Shown: positions 38,149-48,959, numbered from the stretch's first letter. The stretch: DNA of 64,000 nucleotides from a virus (IMGVR_UViG_3300006217_000002), one strand, 5' to 3'. Program-made: numbers and translations. The notes: a model not told the origin generated them from the sequence alone.

Positions 38149-38313
38149 ATGGTAGTATTAGTTATACTTGTGCTTTTAGGAGCAGTAGTTTTGTGGTTTT
38201 TATTATCACCGTTATTTGGCAAAATTGGAGATTCAGTTTCCAAGAAAAGCCAGAAAATGTTTAGTGATGATGAAGATAAAAATACTGGAGAGGAGGGAGA
38301 AGAACATGAATAG
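38149..38313 (+). CDS. Unlisted 54-aa single-TM protein with an acidic tail
   Basis: AAAGGAG 6 nt upstream. Encodes MVVLVILVLLGAVVLWFLLSPLFGK... Confidence 0.45.
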   Translation: MVVLVILVLLGAVVLWFLLSPLFGKIGDSVSKKSQKMFSDDEDKNTGEEGEEHE

Positions 38314-38387
38314 TGGATAAAATATAACATAAATATCACACTTTGAAACTAATAACAAAGCACCTTTAAAAAGGAGAATAAAGAATA

Positions 38388-39341
38388 ATGAGTAAAGCAA
38401 AGAAAGTCACTGGAGGTATTGTAGCAGCTGTTGTAATCGTGGTAGCTCTCGTGTTAGTTGCACTGAGTCTGAGGAAGATCGACGCAGGCTATTCAGGAGT
38501 AGTCTATTCCATGAACGGTGGAATTGAGGATCGTGTGCTTGGTCAGGGTTGGCATTGGATTAAGCCTGGTCAGAAGTTGATTCCATATAGTATCGGTATC
38601 GAACAGTCATATCTTACGGCTACCAAGGATGGTGACTCTCCTGACGATGATAGTTTCTCAGCTCCTTCCAGCGATGGTAAAGGGTTGACAATGGAGCTTA
38701 CTTTCACATATCGCTTTGATGAAGACAGGCTTCCTGAGATCTTTACGAGATTTAAAGGAAGAAGCGGTAAGGAAGTACTGAATACATTCATTAAACCTAA
38801 TATCATTAGCTGGTCTAAGGAAGTAACGGCTAAATATCCCGTTACTGAAATCTTAGGAGAAAAGAGATCAGAACTCAATAACGTACTGTCTGATTATCTC
38901 GCTGAGAAGTTCTCTCCTTACGGTATTATCATCGAAAATGCATCCCTTATCAATATTGAAACTGATGATGAAACCAGAGCATCTATCACTCGTAAGGTAA
39001 CAGCTCAGCAGGAGCTTGAATTAGCAAATATCGAAGCAAAAACAGCTAAGATTCAGGCAGAGAAAGATAAAGAAGTAGCCCTTATTGAGGCAGAAAAGAA
39101 TAAGGAAACTGCAGCTCTTAAGGCAGAACAGATGGCAATTGAAGCTCAGGGTAAAGCAGATGCTTTGAAGATCGCGGCAGAAGCAGAGGCAGAAGCAAAC
39201 CGTAAGATTGCTCAGTCTCTTACACCTGAATTGATCGAGAAGATCAAGTATGAGCAGTGGAATGGAGAACTTCCACAGGTTCAGGGTTCGTCTACACCGA
39301 TCATCGATTTCAGAGAAGACGGTGTGGCAACTACGGAATAA
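38388..39341 (+). CDS. SPFH/band-7 domain membrane protein (prohibitin/HflK-like)
   Basis: N-terminal TM helix. Band-7 core. A/E/K-rich coiled coil QQELELANIEAKTAKIQAEKDKE... Confidence 0.7.
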   Translation: MSKAKKVTGGIVAAVVIVVALVLVALSLRKIDAGYSGVVYSMNGGIEDRVLGQGWHWIKPGQKLIPYSIGIEQSYLTATKDGDSPDDDSFSAPSSDGKGLTMELTFTYRFDEDRLPEIFTRFKGRSGKEVLNTFIKPNIISWSKEVTAKYPVTEILGEKRSELNNVLSDYLAEKFSPYGIIIENASLINIETDDETRASITRKVTAQQELELANIEAKTAKIQAEKDKEVALIEAEKNKETAALKAEQMAIEAQGKADALKIAAEAEAEANRKIAQSLTPELIEKIKYEQWNGELPQVQGSSTPIIDFREDGVATTE

Positions 39342-39558
39342 TACATAAAGTAATAACAGGGATAATTGGAGCAATACATTGCTCCAATTATTTTTTTGCT
39401 AAACTAAGCGCAATTGTGGTAAATAAGATTATGGGATATAATACGGATATACTCCAATGTACAGAGTGTAATTTGGATTATTATCTTTCTTTTAATAATA
39501 ATATATAATAATATATAAAATACAGATGTATAAACTATACGGGAAGGAGGAAGTTATT

Positions 39559-39903
39559 ATGTTCGATATCACACCATTAGTGCTATTGGTTATTGCAGCA
39601 GGGGTAACAGCCATTGCATATTTCGGGAGGAAATATGTAGCTCCGGTTCTTAAAGATCAGATGACAATTGAGGAAAGAAGAAACCTCTATGATGCTGTTG
39701 TAATCGGAGTAGCAGCTGCTGAACAGCTGTGCAAGACAGGTGTAATCAAGAAAGATGAACGAATTCAGCATGTATTCGATTTTCTCGAAGCTAACAATAT
39801 CACATATGACAGAGATGTTGTTAATGACATGATCGAAGCCGCTGTTCTTGATTTACCTAAATCTTTTCTTGGTCTTGAAGACGAAGAGAAAAAGAAAGAA
39901 TAA
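39559..39903 (+). CDS. Putative holin-like small membrane protein. Start trimmed; the track lists 39526.
   Basis: GGAAGGAGG then ATG. TM helix PLVLLVIAAGVTAIAYF. Confidence 0.4.
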   Translation: MFDITPLVLLVIAAGVTAIAYFGRKYVAPVLKDQMTIEERRNLYDAVVIGVAAAEQLCKTGVIKKDERIQHVFDFLEANNITYDRDVVNDMIEAAVLDLPKSFLGLEDEEKKKE

Positions 39904-39916
39904 CTGAAAAGATCAT

Positions 39917-39951
39917 AATAAGGAAGGGAGGATGATCCTCCCTTCCTTATT
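39917..39951. terminator. Bidirectional terminator
   Basis: aataaggaagggaggatgatcctcccttccttatt. Confidence 0.65.
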
Positions 39952-39956
39952 ATTGT

Positions 39957-41573
39957 TTATGATGTACTTCTAACGAATTCTACATCTTTCTTAGGAATAT
40001 CTTTAATTTCAGGATAACTCTTAGATCTTGCTCTATGAGTTCTAACGTAATAGCCGTTTTTATCCTTAGCTAAAGAGCAAGCAGTTGATTTCCCGAATAA
40101 CTTATAAAATTCATTTCTCTCAGATGAAGTAATCGCATTTATTTCTTTCTTCATCTTTTCATACGCCTTTTTACTTTCAGTTATCGGTTCCTCTTTCTTA
40201 GGATCTTCTTTCTTCTCTTCCTTTGGAGTAGTTTCTTTCTTAGGTTTATTGACAGCAGCTTTCTTTTCATCAACTACTTCAATCTTGGAAAGTTCTTCGT
40301 TGATGATCTTATTTACTCTATTCTGGAATTCTCCAAAGTTTGTAAGATATTCATCTAAGATCTTCTCAAGTTCTGTTAAGTCTTCCTGTAACTGTTTCTT
40401 TACGATTGTAGATGTATTAGGATCTGCTATATCAGATTTATATTCCTTAATTAATGCACGAGCCCTGTGAATGTTTGTTTTATGAACATCATTAATAGAA
40501 TCTTGAACGATCATAACAATTATATCCTGTCTTGTTCTTTCTTTTTTAAAACGAGAATTAATCATCTTTTCAGATTCTTTATCAAGTTTCTTAAGGCCGT
40601 TTAAAAGCTGAGGACCAAATCCATACATACGAGCAAAGTTATCTGCAAATGCTTCTGAAAATTCTTGTCTTGTAAACTTATCTTTGTCAGATTCAATCAT
40701 CCTTCTAACTTTTTCCAGCTTCTTCTGTTGAACTTTTTCTTTACCTAAGATTTTATCTCTAATGGCATTGAATATAGAACTTACAAGAGTTCCTACCAAT
40801 AATACTCCAAAAATACAAAAGATAACAATAAAATTGTTTTTATGCTTATCTATAAATTTCTTTTCATTTTTATTGATAGCATGCTTTCTATCTGTAAGAT
40901 ATTTAGATAGAATATTCACTTCTGTGTATTTAATATCTACTAAAGCAGGATCGATAGAATGACCAAATTCATGTAACATAACTGCCATGATTTCTTCTTC
41001 ACTCAATGCTCTTATTAAGCCGAGAGAAAGATATACATTCATTCTTACTGATTTACTCTTGTCATAGAATCCTTTATCTGTCACAAGACCTTCAATGGGA
41101 AATCTATCTGCATGATAAATTTCTGCGTTTAGAATTCTACTCTCAAACATCTTCTCTTTGGAATTATATTTCTCAATATAAGGTTCTATAGAAACATCTC
41201 TAAAACCAAATACTTTTGAGAATTCATCTTCGAGTTGTTTGAATAGTTGATTCTTCCAGAAAGCTTTTGGATCAAAGTATTTAACTTTGGTTTTAGTTAC
41301 AGGCTCTCCTTTCTTTCTTTTATTATCAGCATCCTTATTATTTTCAATTCCTTTATCCTGCTCGGCAATTTGAGATTCCAATAGATCTTTGATCTTTTTG
41401 ATAGTTTCTACAATTGGCATCACACTTTCTTTACCGTTAGCAAATACTGCCTCTGTATAAAACTGATCAATAGACTTCTCGACTTCTACAGATTCATCAA
41501 ACAAATTTAAAGAGAAATTAGAAGATGGATCTGATTTCTTTTCAGGGATGGTTAGATTAATAACGTCATACAT
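39957..41573 (-). CDS. Membrane zinc metalloprotease (HExxH) with a lysine-rich C-terminal tail
   Basis: IMAVMLHEFGHSIDP. TM helix FIVIFCIFGVLLVGTLVSSIF. AAGGAG RBS on the minus strand. Confidence 0.6.
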   Translation of the reverse strand: MYDVINLTIPEKKSDPSSNFSLNLFDESVEVEKSIDQFYTEAVFANGKESVMPIVETIKKIKDLLESQIAEQDKGIENNKDADNKRKKGEPVTKTKVKYFDPKAFWKNQLFKQLEDEFSKVFGFRDVSIEPYIEKYNSKEKMFESRILNAEIYHADRFPIEGLVTDKGFYDKSKSVRMNVYLSLGLIRALSEEEIMAVMLHEFGHSIDPALVDIKYTEVNILSKYLTDRKHAINKNEKKFIDKHKNNFIVIFCIFGVLLVGTLVSSIFNAIRDKILGKEKVQQKKLEKVRRMIESDKDKFTRQEFSEAFADNFARMYGFGPQLLNGLKKLDKESEKMINSRFKKERTRQDIIVMIVQDSINDVHKTNIHRARALIKEYKSDIADPNTSTIVKKQLQEDLTELEKILDEYLTNFGEFQNRVNKIINEELSKIEVVDEKKAAVNKPKKETTPKEEKKEDPKKEEPITESKKAYEKMKKEINAITSSERNEFYKLFGKSTACSLAKDKNGYYVRTHRARSKSYPEIKDIPKKDVEFVRSTS

Positions 41574-41640
41574 TTATTCTCTCTCCTTTACTATTAATAA
41601 TAAATTTCTATATAAGATTAAAGAAAGGTGGATGGTAGCT

Positions 41641-42468
41641 ATGGCTATTAACGAAATTGTAAAAAATGCATTGAAAACTCATAAGAGTAAGATTGAAGTA
41701 ACTCAGTGGGCGATAATTGATGGGGTGGCTTCATTGATATATTCTGAATACATATATAATATGAAGAATAAGGTCACGCCAGGTAGAACAATATTGATGG
41801 TTCCTAAAATATCGGCTGTACAAGAATTACTTTCTGAAGAAAGTCAATTGATTACATGGATTTCAGATAATCTCATAGATAAAATGTTGGATGATCTTCT
41901 GTTTAAACAGTTTATTGAATCTCCTGAGTTGGAAATGTTTAAAGAAAATAATGTAGAGATTATGAAGACTATTTTAGATCTTTATATAATTCCAAACATT
42001 AGTAGATGTATTCCAAATACAATAGCAAAGAAATTTGCTATAGGAGATCCAAAGAATCAGGATATTAGAGAATCGAATGAAATAGATTTATTCTCTAGAA
42101 AACCTATTCCTGATGATTATTTAAACTATCTATCCCATGAGATTGTTTTAAACCTATTGACTCTATTGCCAACTATTAAGAAGGATATCACTGTTCCTGA
42201 AAGTAATGCATCTATTCAGATGTCTGCATCAGAAATACTTACAATAAAAAATGTGAATGCAATATGTCCAGTGTTAATTGATAATGTAATATTTCATAAT
42301 ACTATAATGAATTTATTATCGTTTGTAACAAATACTACAATTAAAGCGTTGGATAATACAGAAAATGTTGGTCTTAAGAATAATAAATTATCAATCGACT
42401 ATATAGTTTCTACTGGAGCTTTCAATAATGTATCTCTGACTCACCTTAATAAGGAGGAATGTATATGA
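41641..42468 (+). CDS. Hypothetical protein. Start trimmed to the ATG with an RBS.
   Basis: aaagaaaggtggatggtagctATGG. Confidence 0.45.
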   Translation: MAINEIVKNALKTHKSKIEVTQWAIIDGVASLIYSEYIYNMKNKVTPGRTILMVPKISAVQELLSEESQLITWISDNLIDKMLDDLLFKQFIESPELEMFKENNVEIMKTILDLYIIPNISRCIPNTIAKKFAIGDPKNQDIRESNEIDLFSRKPIPDDYLNYLSHEIVLNLLTLLPTIKKDITVPESNASIQMSASEILTIKNVNAICPVLIDNVIFHNTIMNLLSFVTNTTIKALDNTENVGLKNNKLSIDYIVSTGAFNNVSLTHLNKEECI

Positions 42469-42680
42469 AAGCTAAATTTATAGGTAAAAATGGTTCAATG
42501 GGATTTAAGAGGGGTAAAGTTTATGATTTAAGATGTGAGATAAAACCAGGTACATGGAATGGGAGGTAGACGCATTGTATTTATATACTTATATAGTAAA
42601 TGTGATAATTCCTAGTGTCCGTATGAATCGCTTGAATCAGTGTTAGCAAATTGGGAAATCCTTGGGTAGAATAAGTGAAT

Positions 42681-42712
42681 AATAGAGAGGTGGGATATCC
42701 CACCTCTCTATT
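42681..42712 (+). terminator. Intrinsic terminator
   Basis: aatagagaggtgggatatcccacctctctatt. Confidence 0.6.
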
Positions 42713-42786
42713 ATGTTTATCCTAATAATTATTTTGAAGATATATTATCTAAATAATAATAGAAAATATTTTGGAGGTTTATATAG

Positions 42787-44832
42787 ATGGGATTTAGAAA
42801 AGACTACGTAGAAGAAGTTACTAAAACTATCATGATGATGAATCCTAAATTGAATAAATTAGAGGTTGAGGATATAGTTCATCAGATAGTAAAAGAACGA
42901 ATATGTGATCCTAGTATAGTTATGGATAATAACGTGACTGGAGATAATCATACCATCAAGCTGAGTGAAATGTGTAACTGGATAGAAAAAAGAAACCCAG
43001 TAGTATCAGGTAATGCAACGTTTTATTGCCAACCGTCTGAACTGTTGTCACCTACATCAAATATGTTGAGAAGTTTGAAGAAAGGTAGAAAGAAAGTTAA
43101 GAAAGAGATGTTTTCACTGAAAGCTGGATCTGATGAATATGCAATGAAAGATTTGGAGCAGCAGAATATCAAGGTTGTAATGAATGCGGAATATGGTGGA
43201 TCTGGTGCACCTACAGCAGCATTCTATACTAAGTATTCGCCAGCAGCAACTACCCTAATGGCACAATCTATCATTACTACTATGGCTGCATTCTTCGAAT
43301 CTTATGTAGGTGATAATCAGAAGTTCTTTAACAACAATGAGTGTTTCGACTGGTTGAATCATGTATGTAAGAAAGATGAAAAGATACCTAAGTGGGTAAA
43401 ACGTCCAACGGCTGAAGATGTATATAGAAGAATAACTAAGCACTTCTATATTTTAGATAAGAATATTCTTCCTTGTCTAAAAGATTATATTGATAACAGA
43501 ACTTCAGATCAGCTTGTTTATCTATATTATGCGAATAACATAAAAGAATTCGTCCGTAATCATGGTAATATCCAGCAGCTGTTGATCAATGTATTATCTA
43601 AACTTCCTAACTATGAAGCTGCTATTAAAGATATTCCTGAGCAGTTCAGAACTAAGTTTCCATGGGATTCTGAAGGGAAATATATCGTCGACTATAATAA
43701 ATGGATTTCTAAAGAGATGTTTCTTAATCCATATGATATTCCTGATGTTATAAAAGACGATATGGAGGAGTTTATTTCTCTAATGACTCAATTTATCTAT
43801 GTTGAATATATAACTCCTGATAGCATAGTTAAATTGAATAATCATAAAAGAAATACAGTATTACTTGTTGATACAGATTCTAATATGATCAACGCAGATT
43901 TATTTGTATCATTTGTATTGAACGAGATCGTTGCGGGAGATACATTTGGAAGAAAGAAAATGTATAACGAGATGATACTTGTTAACGTATTAGCAGCATC
44001 ATTGGATAGATCTGTAGCTAAGATACTTGATTATTATGGAAGATGTCATAGGATGGATGAAGAGTCTAGAGCTGAATTAACAATGAAGAATGAGTTCATG
44101 TTTAGACGTTTCTTCTTGATGAGAACTAAGAAGAGATATGCTGCATCAATCGTTCTAAGAGAAGGAAATATCATCATTCCGTTTAAGCCGGAAATTAAAG
44201 GTGTAGATTTTATTAAAGCTGGAGTTACAGACGAGGTAGAATCGAAGTTTAAAAATATGCTACAGAACCACATCTTGTATTCAGACGACTTGGAATTACA
44301 TGAATTGATGACTGAGTTGAAACAGTTTGAAAGAGAGATATTCGATGATCTAAAGAATGGAGGAGTTACATTCTTAAAGCAGCAACAATTTAAAGCAGAA
44401 GGAGGCTATAAGAATATTGCTAAAGCATGGAGTTTACCAGTATTTCGTGGGTCTATGGTATGGAATGAATTATTTCCTGATAAGAAAATATATTCGCTGG
44501 ATAGGGTTCGTATTCTAAAGACTATAGTAACTGATCAGAAGGATTTGGAGAGAGTAAAAGAAAAATATCCTGAAGACTATAATGAGGTTATTGCTAAAAT
44601 CTATATGTCTGACTATGATGAAATTCGTAGATCTGGACTGAAATATATTTGTATACCGAATTCAGTTAAAGAAATTCCTAAATGGATGATTCAAATTACT
44701 GATTTTGATGTAATTATTTCTGACGTGATTTCATCGTTCAAGTCTGTTCTTGAAGCATTAAGGATAGAAGATATAGATTTTAAGACTCCAAATGGTAAAG
44801 CAAGTTTGACGTCATGTTTGATAAGTATGTAA
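42787..44832 (+). CDS. Family B DNA polymerase, C-terminal fragment (palm motifs B and C, thumb)
   Basis: Motif B KVVMNAEYGGSG (~43171-43206). Motif C LLVDTDSNM (~43861-43887). KKRY in RTKKRYAASIV (~44121-44153). Confidence 0.85.
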   Translation: MGFRKDYVEEVTKTIMMMNPKLNKLEVEDIVHQIVKERICDPSIVMDNNVTGDNHTIKLSEMCNWIEKRNPVVSGNATFYCQPSELLSPTSNMLRSLKKGRKKVKKEMFSLKAGSDEYAMKDLEQQNIKVVMNAEYGGSGAPTAAFYTKYSPAATTLMAQSIITTMAAFFESYVGDNQKFFNNNECFDWLNHVCKKDEKIPKWVKRPTAEDVYRRITKHFYILDKNILPCLKDYIDNRTSDQLVYLYYANNIKEFVRNHGNIQQLLINVLSKLPNYEAAIKDIPEQFRTKFPWDSEGKYIVDYNKWISKEMFLNPYDIPDVIKDDMEEFISLMTQFIYVEYITPDSIVKLNNHKRNTVLLVDTDSNMINADLFVSFVLNEIVAGDTFGRKKMYNEMILVNVLAASLDRSVAKILDYYGRCHRMDEESRAELTMKNEFMFRRFFLMRTKKRYAASIVLREGNIIIPFKPEIKGVDFIKAGVTDEVESKFKNMLQNHILYSDDLELHELMTELKQFEREIFDDLKNGGVTFLKQQQFKAEGGYKNIAKAWSLPVFRGSMVWNELFPDKKIYSLDRVRILKTIVTDQKDLERVKEKYPEDYNEVIAKIYMSDYDEIRRSGLKYICIPNSVKEIPKWMIQITDFDVIISDVISSFKSVLEALRIEDIDFKTPNGKASLTSCLISM

Positions 44833-44900
44833 TAAAATTAAATACAAACAAGAACAATTAATGTATTAAATGCAATATAATAAGGAGGATAATATAAGTT

Positions 44901-45713
44901 ATGGCATTGATACCAAGTCTTGATGATAAATTACCACCAACTGATTGGAAACCTGAACCTGTTCCAGAGGGTTCAGACTTTGCCCAATCATATATGGATG
45001 ATCAAAGTAGTGCGGATGAAACTGTTGACTATAGTGAATTGATAGCCGAATCTGCATTCTTAGGAGATTATCCATTAGCAACTATTCTTGAAGGAATTGA
45101 GACACAATTTTCTGATTATATAAATATGGAGGATAAAAGTAATTACGTAGACATATTTTATGATCAGCTTCATTATTCTTATGAAGAGGCACATAAAGAT
45201 CTGGAACATCCTCAGGAACTTAAAGAGGCGCTCGATAAGATCCTCGATACGTTCGTTGATAAACTTAATCAGTTATTCAATAAGCGTTTAACAATTTCGA
45301 TTAATGGTATTGAAGGAGAGGATATCGACGAAAACGAATTAGAATTCATCTTAAGGCGTTTATATGAGTTCTTCATACTTGGAGCTCGTAATAACTTTAA
45401 GGTTGTTATTTCATCTGACGTAAACTACAAGACTGCCAACATTAAAGTCGAAGATGATGACGTAGCATTCTTTAATAAGATTGATGAATTACTAAGTCAT
45501 TATAGTCCTCTCATTCTTGAAATAGGACCGATGGAGTTCCTTAAATACAGAGGAGATCAGGAAATATATGAACTCTTCGCAAGTGGAAAAGTTAATGGTA
45601 ATTTCCTGAGGAAATATACACCAAAGTTATATCAGAATGAAGAGTTCAGAGTAGAACTAATTAACCATATCATACTGACTAAGGAAGTTAAGGAGGAATT
45701 ATTAAATGAGTAA
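44901..45713 (+). CDS. Acidic hypothetical protein
   Basis: RBS AAGGAGG. Confidence 0.45.
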   Translation: MALIPSLDDKLPPTDWKPEPVPEGSDFAQSYMDDQSSADETVDYSELIAESAFLGDYPLATILEGIETQFSDYINMEDKSNYVDIFYDQLHYSYEEAHKDLEHPQELKEALDKILDTFVDKLNQLFNKRLTISINGIEGEDIDENELEFILRRLYEFFILGARNNFKVVISSDVNYKTANIKVEDDDVAFFNKIDELLSHYSPLILEIGPMEFLKYRGDQEIYELFASGKVNGNFLRKYTPKLYQNEEFRVELINHIILTKEVKEELLNE

Positions 45714-46398
45714 TCCAAATAATAGAACACAGACATCTACACAGATCAGGAATTTCTATTCAGAAGGAATGTCTTATTTGAATATGAAGTTTTATAACAC
45801 TAATCTTTCATTTCAGTTCTATCCATTCACAGGTAAAGATCAGAATGGAAGATCTACCTATGATACAAAGAATGGTGAAACTACGACAGTTAATTTTGAA
45901 GGTGCATTCACTCTATGGAAAGCAGCTAAAGATATCATTGACGGGAAAGTTACAGAGACTGATCTTCCTATTCCTTGTGCATCTGGAGCATCTCTGAAGC
46001 TTGAAAGAAAATTAAATCCTAATGGACAGTATGATACAATTCTTTCTATCAGTAAGAATAATCGTACAATTCCTTTCAAGTTTAACGTTATGCAGCAGCA
46101 GGTTAAAGAGAATAACCAGATTGTTACTAAGGTGATTGAATCTGGTCTTGGTGCTGTAATGATGACAATCGAAGGATATCTCACTGGTATTAATGCTGAT
46201 AGGCATCTTAATAAGTTAACTGATGATTTTGCTAAGATTCAGGAAGGTAACAATGGAAACGGTTACAATGGTCAGAATAATTATAAGAAACCTGTTAACA
46301 ATAATAATTACAGGAAGAATTATAATAATCAGGCATCATGGCAGCCTGCTCAGCCGAGCCAACAGCAGAATCTCAGTACTTATTCGCTCCCGAATTAA
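45706..46398 (+). CDS. Hypothetical protein with an N/Q/Y-rich low-complexity tail. It may be an SSB-like protein, but that is unsupported.
   Basis: RBS AAGGAGG. Tail NGNGYNGQNNYKKPVNNNNYRKNYNNQ. Confidence 0.35.
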   Translation: MSNPNNRTQTSTQIRNFYSEGMSYLNMKFYNTNLSFQFYPFTGKDQNGRSTYDTKNGETTTVNFEGAFTLWKAAKDIIDGKVTETDLPIPCASGASLKLERKLNPNGQYDTILSISKNNRTIPFKFNVMQQQVKENNQIVTKVIESGLGAVMMTIEGYLTGINADRHLNKLTDDFAKIQEGNNGNGYNGQNNYKKPVNNNNYRKNYNNQASWQPAQPSQQQNLSTYSLPN

Positions 46399-46430
46399 CC
46401 CTGTCTTTGTAATGTAAAGAACGGGTAAAT

Positions 46431-46466
46431 AGGATGAGGGATTGCCGCCCTCATCCTATTTTTTTT
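46431..46466 (+). terminator. Intrinsic terminator
   Basis: aggatgagggattgccgccctcatcct plus attttttttg. Confidence 0.7.
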
Positions 46467-46492
46467 GCTTGAAATAGATGGAGGTGATACTA

Positions 46493-47227
46493 ATGGGTTT
46501 TGAATCTAAATTTGATACGAATGCTTTCTTTCCTGGTGGTGCAGGAATGTTCATTCAGTATCATGATGTGTTGAAACCTGCATATTTATATGCAATTGTT
46601 AAAATGATAATTACTGATCAAACTTATGGTCTTCCTCTTTTTTTGATAAAAGATTTTTCAATTCTTTCCATAATAGAATGGTACATCAAAAGAAGATATT
46701 TAAATCCATTACAACAACTGGATTTTATGCATAAGTTAGATCCTGATGAATTAAATAATTTGATGCAATATATTTTACTCAACGACGATTCTATTTACAA
46801 GTTAAGTCCTCCATTAAATATTTGCAGGCTATTTGATGTATATAGACAACAGCATATGTCATTTCCAGTATACGTCTACAGCAAAGAAGAGGAGCGTTAT
46901 ATTCCAAAAGATTGTGAAAATATTCTTAGTGGAATTGATTATACTTATCTCCATGGAGATCTTAAAACTGCTATAAGCAAGTGCAATCAAAATTTCACTT
47001 ATATATTTTCTGATATAGAAATGGTCAATTTGGCTTCAAAAATTTTGAGAGGCACATATTCTCATATCCTATTAACACGAGATTATCGATATAATTACAT
47101 CGATAACTGTAAAACATTTAAATATGATTTGCAAAGTTTAGCTTCTGCAAATCCAGTAATACGGATTGGTACTACTATTGCAATGGATATAAGATTGATG
47201 CCTAATGCTTTTTCAAATATTATTTAG
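46493..47227 (+). CDS. Hypothetical protein
   Basis: gatggaggtgatactaATGG. Confidence 0.45.
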   Translation: MGFESKFDTNAFFPGGAGMFIQYHDVLKPAYLYAIVKMIITDQTYGLPLFLIKDFSILSIIEWYIKRRYLNPLQQLDFMHKLDPDELNNLMQYILLNDDSIYKLSPPLNICRLFDVYRQQHMSFPVYVYSKEEERYIPKDCENILSGIDYTYLHGDLKTAISKCNQNFTYIFSDIEMVNLASKILRGTYSHILLTRDYRYNYIDNCKTFKYDLQSLASANPVIRIGTTIAMDIRLMPNAFSNII

Positions 47228-47239
47228 GAGGATGGATAC

Positions 47240-48946
47240 ATGTTACAAATCAATTCACTTAAGCCTATAGAAAAGGCTCAAGAAATACCTAGATGGAAGT
47301 ATAAGAAACACGCATTTCCTAATGGGGCTGCATCATATTGGATTAAATGGAAGCTATATCCAGATGATGCACGATTCTTTTCATTACCAAAAACAATGAT
47401 TATCAAGTTTGATAAAGAGCTTGATCATATAGACAATGAGAACATTTCAGCTCTTAATGAATGGAAAGTTACAAAAATCTCATATTCTTCATATCTTCCT
47501 CGTATGTGTGAAGAATTAAATTTCTTCGAAACAATGTATGATGAAGAAGGAGAATTGATCACATCATTATTCAGAATAAAATATCTGATCGATGTTGATA
47601 ACATTTCCTATACAATGGCCAACTTTGCAGCATTCAAAGATTTGGTATATAAGACAATTTTTACCAATTCTATGAAGGAAAAAATTATCAGGATGATTGA
47701 AGAGAATTATGTTGATGACATAGAAGCAGAGAATATGAAGAACATGCAGAATCCTGATATGCTTTCAATCATGCAAAGAAAGAAGAAATCATTGGAATTC
47801 TTAAACGTACATGTGAAAGCTATGCTCCAGATTTCATTTGGTATAAAGATCTTGTCATTCATTATTAATCACTTTGCTGTTATGAGAAATATTAACATTC
47901 AAAAGAATATTGATATCTTCTATGATTTCTACATAGATATGTTTAATGTATTTGAGTTTGACTTTAATATCTACAATAAGATCTATGCATATGTAGAAAA
48001 TAAAGTTAATAGCTCATATAACTTTAACAAGTCTATCTTTGAACAGCAAGAGATAGAAGGAAAGGACAAATCTATCATTATAAATCAGCTTATGTCCAGG
48101 AACGTTATCATTGACAACTTCATCAAGTTCCAGATGCCTCAGACATGGAATTCAGTTAAGGAACAACCTAAAGAAAGAGTGTTATCTTTCTTAGCAAGTA
48201 TTATCAATACTCATATCTCTATCTTTATAATGCAGGTATTCAGACGTAATTTGATAGAGACATCTATAGTTCCAGATGCAGACGGTAATTCTAAAAATGA
48301 TCGTTATCGTGCATCAAAAATGAAGATCAATGAAGAGTATATCACAACTTGTTCTATGGATATGAGACAGCTTACAGATAAACTCTTTAAGAAATATGAG
48401 AATGAAATTACTCCTGAGGAAATTGAATACTACAGGAAAAACTTGAAACCGAATAGATTACATCAATTGATGATTGAAATCTATTTCTTCAATTACACTG
48501 CATCGTCACAAGAATTTGCTTTATTGAAAAACATAGATTGGTACAAGCTTCTTTTGATAATGAGAAAAGACATCATGAAGAGATTTAATATTACAAAGGA
48601 TTCTTTACTCGATGCTAGTCTGTGTTTGATTATGACAGCAAATATTGAAGAAACTCCTGTTGGAGAAAAGATGTATGTAAAAGATACAAAATACTTCAAT
48701 GACGATCCTGGTTATAATATGCTTATTGATAAATTCTACAGTACAATCGTGGAAATCAATGAGGATATAATTAAGAAGTTCTTAATAACATTTACCAATA
48801 GCAAGTACAGATTTGTACTGTATGAAGAACAGGATATACTCGGTGAAGAGATATCAATAAATAAGAGAGAGCTGATGTCAGAACTTATCAACTTCTTGAT
48901 TATGGCTAATACTAACATCTCACTGGAAAATATGTTTGATGATTAA
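47240..48946 (+). CDS. Hypothetical protein (568 aa)
   Basis: RBS TAGGAGG. Confidence 0.5.
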   Translation: MLQINSLKPIEKAQEIPRWKYKKHAFPNGAASYWIKWKLYPDDARFFSLPKTMIIKFDKELDHIDNENISALNEWKVTKISYSSYLPRMCEELNFFETMYDEEGELITSLFRIKYLIDVDNISYTMANFAAFKDLVYKTIFTNSMKEKIIRMIEENYVDDIEAENMKNMQNPDMLSIMQRKKKSLEFLNVHVKAMLQISFGIKILSFIINHFAVMRNINIQKNIDIFYDFYIDMFNVFEFDFNIYNKIYAYVENKVNSSYNFNKSIFEQQEIEGKDKSIIINQLMSRNVIIDNFIKFQMPQTWNSVKEQPKERVLSFLASIINTHISIFIMQVFRRNLIETSIVPDADGNSKNDRYRASKMKINEEYITTCSMDMRQLTDKLFKKYENEITPEEIEYYRKNLKPNRLHQLMIEIYFFNYTASSQEFALLKNIDWYKLLLIMRKDIMKRFNITKDSLLDASLCLIMTANIEETPVGEKMYVKDTKYFNDDPGYNMLIDKFYSTIVEINEDIIKKFLITFTNSKYRFVLYEEQDILGEEISINKRELMSELINFLIMANTNISLENMFDD

Positions 48947-48959
48947 AGAAAGGAGTAAT

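Noticed and set aside
11400-43200. Intein or intron joining the two PolB halves
   Set aside because: No intein block motifs (N-terminal Cys/Ser after the extein, C-terminal HN plus nucleophile) at the break points. The halves are 31 kb apart with dozens of independent genes and terminators in between.
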